Source of the DNA: Trichodesmium erythraeum IMS101
GTDB lineage: Bacteria; Cyanobacteriota; Cyanobacteriia; Cyanobacteriales; Microcoleaceae
Direction: 5' to 3'
DNA: 32,000 nt
NCBI RefSeq assembly: GCF_000014265.1
Contig: NC_008312.1
Coordinates: 7,500,001 to 7,532,000 of the forward strand
Numbering within the stretch: position 1 is the stretch's first letter; every line of letters starts with the position of its first letter. The notes below the pieces were generated by a model. It saw only the letters and a list, made by a program, of their open reading frames with translations. It made no database searches and was not told the DNA's origin. Shown piece by piece: positions 28,860 through 32,000 of this stretch. The position numbers and the translations under genes were made by a program.

Positions 28860-29882
28860 AGAGTTGTTGGGAAATAAGGTTAAATTAAGTTAAGAAGAAA
28901 TTGGTGCTGAGAAATGCTAAATATAAAACGGGCCTTAAAACAGGATAGGTTACTCAGAGCATTAACACCAATTAAATCGTAAAGCATTTCAATTCTTACT
29001 CTTAACCTTTACTCAAATATATGAGCAAATATTGAGGAACAAACCTCGTCAACGCTCTGTTGGAGTAGGCCTTTTGGCTCGTTTACCCACCGTTGAAGAC
29101 AAATGATTTTATATCCTCTTCTACTTGAAAAGTTATCCCACCTTTGATTTGGCTAGTATTCTGTTTGACATGGACCGTAGCCAGGCACATTATTGGGCTC
29201 ATCGCTTACAGCCTATATTAGAAGCAACCTTGGGAGAAAAAAAAGCACTACCAGAACGCCAAATCAACAGTTTCCAAGCATTTATAGAATGTTTTCCTTG
29301 AGTAGAACGAGTAGTAATGGATGGCACAGACGGCGCAACGACCCAATGACTCAGAAAAACCAAAACTGAATTATTCAGGAAAAAAAAGCGTAATACCTGT
29401 AAACACCTAGCAGCAGTAGACCAAAACAAACAAGTGCTGGTATTGAGCCAAGATCGAGTTGGAAAATTACATGAGGAAGAAATTACATGAGGAAGAAAAG
29501 TTGATAGGAAATATACCAGGGGAGATACTAATTGAAGTTATGAGTGGGTTTCAAGGTATTCAACAGCAGTATAAAAATATCCACATACCCCATAAGAAAC
29601 CAAAAGGGGGAGAATTAATAGCAACAGCAACGCCTTGAAAATCGGACATTAAGTCAATAAGCGGGTGATATGTGAAAACGCCTTTGCGGGTATCAAGGGC
29701 TATGGGGCTGTTAATCAGATTTACCGTAATTATAAGTATGATTTTGAGACAAATTAATGTTAACAGCAACTGGACTATGGAACCTGTAACTGATGGCAGC
29801 ATAAATAATAAAATCACGCTCTCAAAATTGATTAGTTTGATTTTTATTGTTCGCGCTCCCTAAGTTATTTCCCAAGAACTCT
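28860..29882 (+). mobile_element. ISX-B, full-length diverged copy (1023 bp), transposase pseudogenised
   Basis: The inverted repeats are AGAGTTGTTGGGAAATAAGG (28860 on) and ..TTATTTCCCAAGAACTCT (to 29882), with a 3-bp duplication ATT (28857-28859 and 29883-29885). By eye it is roughly 80 percent similar to ISX-A. Coding blocks are RQRSVGVG.., DRSQAHYWAHRLQPILEATLGEKKALPERQINSFQAF and HIPHKKPKGGEL.., with stops and frameshifts. Confidence 0.85.
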
Positions 29883-29883
29883 A

Positions 29884-30080
29884 TTGTTGTTAAAGCAAGA
29901 ATTTGGTCAATCTGTGCCTAATGGTACTCGGCTAAATATTCACTTGATCCATCAAGATATTGCTGCTGCAATTGGTACAACACGAGTAACTATCACCAGA
30001 CTCTTAGGAAAATTAAAATAGCAGGAGTGGCTGAGTACAGATAAAAATCATTATCTAATTTTGAAAAAATCTCTCTTTTC
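29884..30080 (+). pseudogene. C-terminal HTH remnant of a Crp/Fnr-family transcription regulator; its 5' end abuts the IS and it carries an internal stop
   Basis: LLLKQEFGQSVPNGTRLNIHLIHQDIAAAIGTTRVTITRLLGKLK-TAG(30019-30021)-QEWLSTDKNHYLILKK. This is the typical Crp-family LTHQDIA..IG.TR.T.TR.L..L..G.L pattern. Confidence 0.7.
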
Positions 30081-30484
30081 AAATTCATCAGACTTGTTTA
30101 GATTTGATAGTAACATTAATATTAACTACCAACTACCAAAATTGACAGACTCTCGGCATTGCACTTATGCAAAAATGTAGAATTCTGAAGTCTAGAAAAT
30201 TTTAACCACAGTTTTGAGGTAAGGTGAAATCTTTCCCCTGTGTTAATAACAATGCTCTTTTTTGTTTTACTGTTACTGTATCCAATCTGAACACTCCTAA
30301 AAGTTATAGTTATGCTGTGGTAGTGTCAGTATTTCAGTACAAAAAAAGTGCATACATAATCAGGATGTGCTCCATACATGATCCCTGGCTTTGAGCCGGA
30401 TGCTTCTTTTCTAAAGAAGACGGGAATTCATCTCAGGGGAATTAATTTGCTGCTATCTTCACCCTAAAAAAAAATGGAAAAAAT

Positions 30485-31666
30485 TTATGGTACAGAGCGC
30501 CGGCGTCGTAAACGACGTTCTTTTAATATTAGAACTTCTGCCTGATTTTCTTCTCTAGCAACCCTAACTAATAATCCAGCTAAAAGCAAACTACTAATCA
30601 TTGAACTACCACCATAACTAAACATTGGTAACGGCAAACCCGTAGTTGGTAGTACACCAGTAGCAACACCTATATTTAGTAAAGACTGTCCTACTAAAGC
30701 TACCATAACCCCAATGGCTACAAGTTGATGTTCCATCAGTCTAGCTTTGAAAGCAACTTTTAGAGCAATAACACTGTAGACAACTAACAAGATCAATAAT
30801 ACTAAAGCTCCTACAAAACCAAATTCCTCAGCATATACAGAAAATATAAAGTCGCTATAGGGAATAGGGAGAAAATGTAACTTTTGTTGAGATAACCCAA
30901 AACCACGTCCCCAAATATCTCCAGAAGCAATTGCTAGTAAACTCTGAACCAGCTGATACCCATCACCCATTGGATCTACCCAAGGATTTGTAAAAGAAAG
31001 AACTCGGCTTCTTTGATAATCATTAATACTGACACTAATAGTAGCTAAAAGAAATCCAGCTACAGCAATACCTCCAAGATAAAAGTAAGGTAGTCCAGCA
31101 GCAAAGGCAATAAACCATATTATTATACCACATAAAGCTGTGGTACTCAAGTTTGGTTGTAATAGAATAGATCCTAGTACCAAAGAGAAAATAGATAACC
31201 AACTTATTCTCACTAACCAAGTTAGATAATTCCATCTACTAAATAAATAGGCAGCTTGTAGTACCAGGAAAGGTTTGATTAGTTCAGAAGGTTGAATAAT
31301 GACTGAACCTAAAGATATCCAGCGAGTCGCTCCATTAATAGTGGTCCCTATTCCTGGTATCAAGGTCAGAAGTAGCAAACTCAGTATCAGAATTACACCA
31401 ACTTTGGCACTTTGTAATATTCGATACAAGGGGCTATATACAACTACATTGAATACTAGCATTCCTGCTAAAATCCATATTAATTGGCGTTTAAAGAAGT
31501 ATAGACTATCTCCGTATTCTGTTGCAGCATTCGCATATGAAGCGGAAAATAGTATTACTAAACCCATAGATAACCAAAGAAATGTTAACCATCGTAATAA
31601 TCTCGCTTCTATTGCCCATGTTTGGACTTTAGGGTCAAAAAAAGGAATTAAATAACGTACATCCAT
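30485..31666 (-). CDS. ftsW: SEDS-family peptidoglycan glycosyltransferase (FtsW/RodA/SpoVE), most likely the division protein FtsW
   Basis: A 393-aa polytopic membrane protein. Family-typical segments are ..FFKRQLIWILAGM.., ..INGATRWISLGSVIIQPSELIKP.., ..LQPNLSTTAL.., ..GDGYQLVQSLLAIASGDIWGRGFGLSQQKLHFLPIPYSDFIFSVYAEEFGFVGA.. and ..LPLPMFSYGGSSMISSLLLAGLL... The ftsW versus rodA assignment rests on size and the N-terminus only. Confidence 0.8.
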   Translation of the reverse strand: MDVRYLIPFFDPKVQTWAIEARLLRWLTFLWLSMGLVILFSASYANAATEYGDSLYFFKRQLIWILAGMLVFNVVVYSPLYRILQSAKVGVILILSLLLLTLIPGIGTTINGATRWISLGSVIIQPSELIKPFLVLQAAYLFSRWNYLTWLVRISWLSIFSLVLGSILLQPNLSTTALCGIIIWFIAFAAGLPYFYLGGIAVAGFLLATISVSINDYQRSRVLSFTNPWVDPMGDGYQLVQSLLAIASGDIWGRGFGLSQQKLHFLPIPYSDFIFSVYAEEFGFVGALVLLILLVVYSVIALKVAFKARLMEHQLVAIGVMVALVGQSLLNIGVATGVLPTTGLPLPMFSYGGSSMISSLLLAGLLVRVAREENQAEVLILKERRLRRRRSVP

Positions 31667-31859
31667 AATCAGAAGCCATAAGTTGGAAATTAGAAGTCAG
31701 AAGTCAGAAAAAAAAATTTCAGTAGGACCTATATAGAAGCTAGGTTATGAGACGAAATTTTCTATTACTCCAAAAAACAATAATAAACCCAGTTTTTTTT
31801 GTTTGGATATGTGAGTCCTGGTCATGGTTATTTCAACACAAGTCCATACAAATTAAAAC

Positions 31860-32000
31860 CTACAACCTAATATCTAGTCTAAAACTTTCTTGTAAACGCC
31901 ATTGTAACCCATATATTATTATGAGACCAGTTATTAACTTATAACCATTACTTTGATATAATTTAACAGCTTTTTGCAAGACTCTTGATATTTCTATCAA
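31860..32000 (-). CDS. 3' end of an unidentified gene running off the window
   Basis: An open minus-strand frame, ..LIEISRVLQKAVKLYQSNGYKLITGLIIIYGLQWRLQESFRLDIRL-stop (stop at 31860-31862). Only 46 codons are visible and I cannot assign a family. Confidence 0.3.
   Translation of the reverse strand: MIEISRVLQKAVKLYQSNGYKLITGLIIIYGLQWRLQESFRLDIRL

Noticed and set aside
29199-29863. ORFs 29199-29429(-), 29560-29817(-) and 29672-29863(+)
   Set aside because: They are antisense or wrong-frame ORFs inside the ISX-B copy. The transposase blocks read on the plus strand in other frames.
30372-30462. Plus-strand reading ..MIPGFEPDASFLKKTGIHLRGINLLLSSP-stop, reminiscent of the C-terminal part of pyridine-nucleotide-disulfide (YpdA-like) oxidoreductases
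   Set aside because: It is only ~30 codons long and the similarity is a vague pattern (TGY.PD..FL...GI.L). It is too weak to annotate, but it may be another gene relic.
31035-31655. ORFs 31035-31235(-) and 31299-31655(+)
   Set aside because: They are an alternative frame and an antisense frame inside ftsW.
1-32000. tRNA, rRNA, tmRNA or RNase P-type genes
   Set aside because: No cloverleaf-like T-arm/acceptor pattern (GTTCGAATC-type) or rRNA-like conserved block was seen on either strand. The single GGTTCGAGC at ~23787 has no matching acceptor stem.

Overview
AT-rich cyanobacterial DNA. The HIP1 octamer GCGATCGC recurs (e.g. 2725-2732, and near 3081, 10381, 11269, 13241, 20551), and rpaA and a SEDS/FtsW gene are present. 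About two thirds of the window is insertion-sequence (IS) debris, and at least seven IS types can be recognised. They are an IS5/DDE_Tnp_4-like element (here called ISX, in A and B subfamilies), an IS4-like element (ISY), a second small DDE_Tnp_4 element (ISZ), an IS903-group element, several IS630-family elements, IS1-family elements and an ISAs1-like deletion derivative. They are nested in one another: 2705-11400 is an insertion stack at least five layers deep. Nearly all the transposase genes are frameshifted pseudogenes. Only six non-IS ORFs look intact: a 108-aa protein, a 765-aa secreted protein-arginine-deiminase (PAD) homologue, rpaA, a small lipoprotein, a 162-aa hypothetical protein and ftsW. 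A TPR gene, a Crp/Fnr-family gene and a kinase-like gene tail have been destroyed by IS insertions. This pattern fits an eroding genome, for example a symbiotic or host-restricted filamentous cyanobacterium, but that is inference only. The main lead is the PAD homologue. It keeps every PAD hallmark motif I can align by eye except the catalytic cysteine, which is aspartate. Secondary leads are hypervariable GC-rich palindromes at a fixed position in the ISY ends, two near-identical copies of a multiply frameshifted IS, and an innermost IS630 copy with an A_AAA_AAC -1 frameshift site. A further lead is a phased TGTAC repeat array upstream of the lipoprotein gene. No rRNA, tRNA or CRISPR array was recognised.
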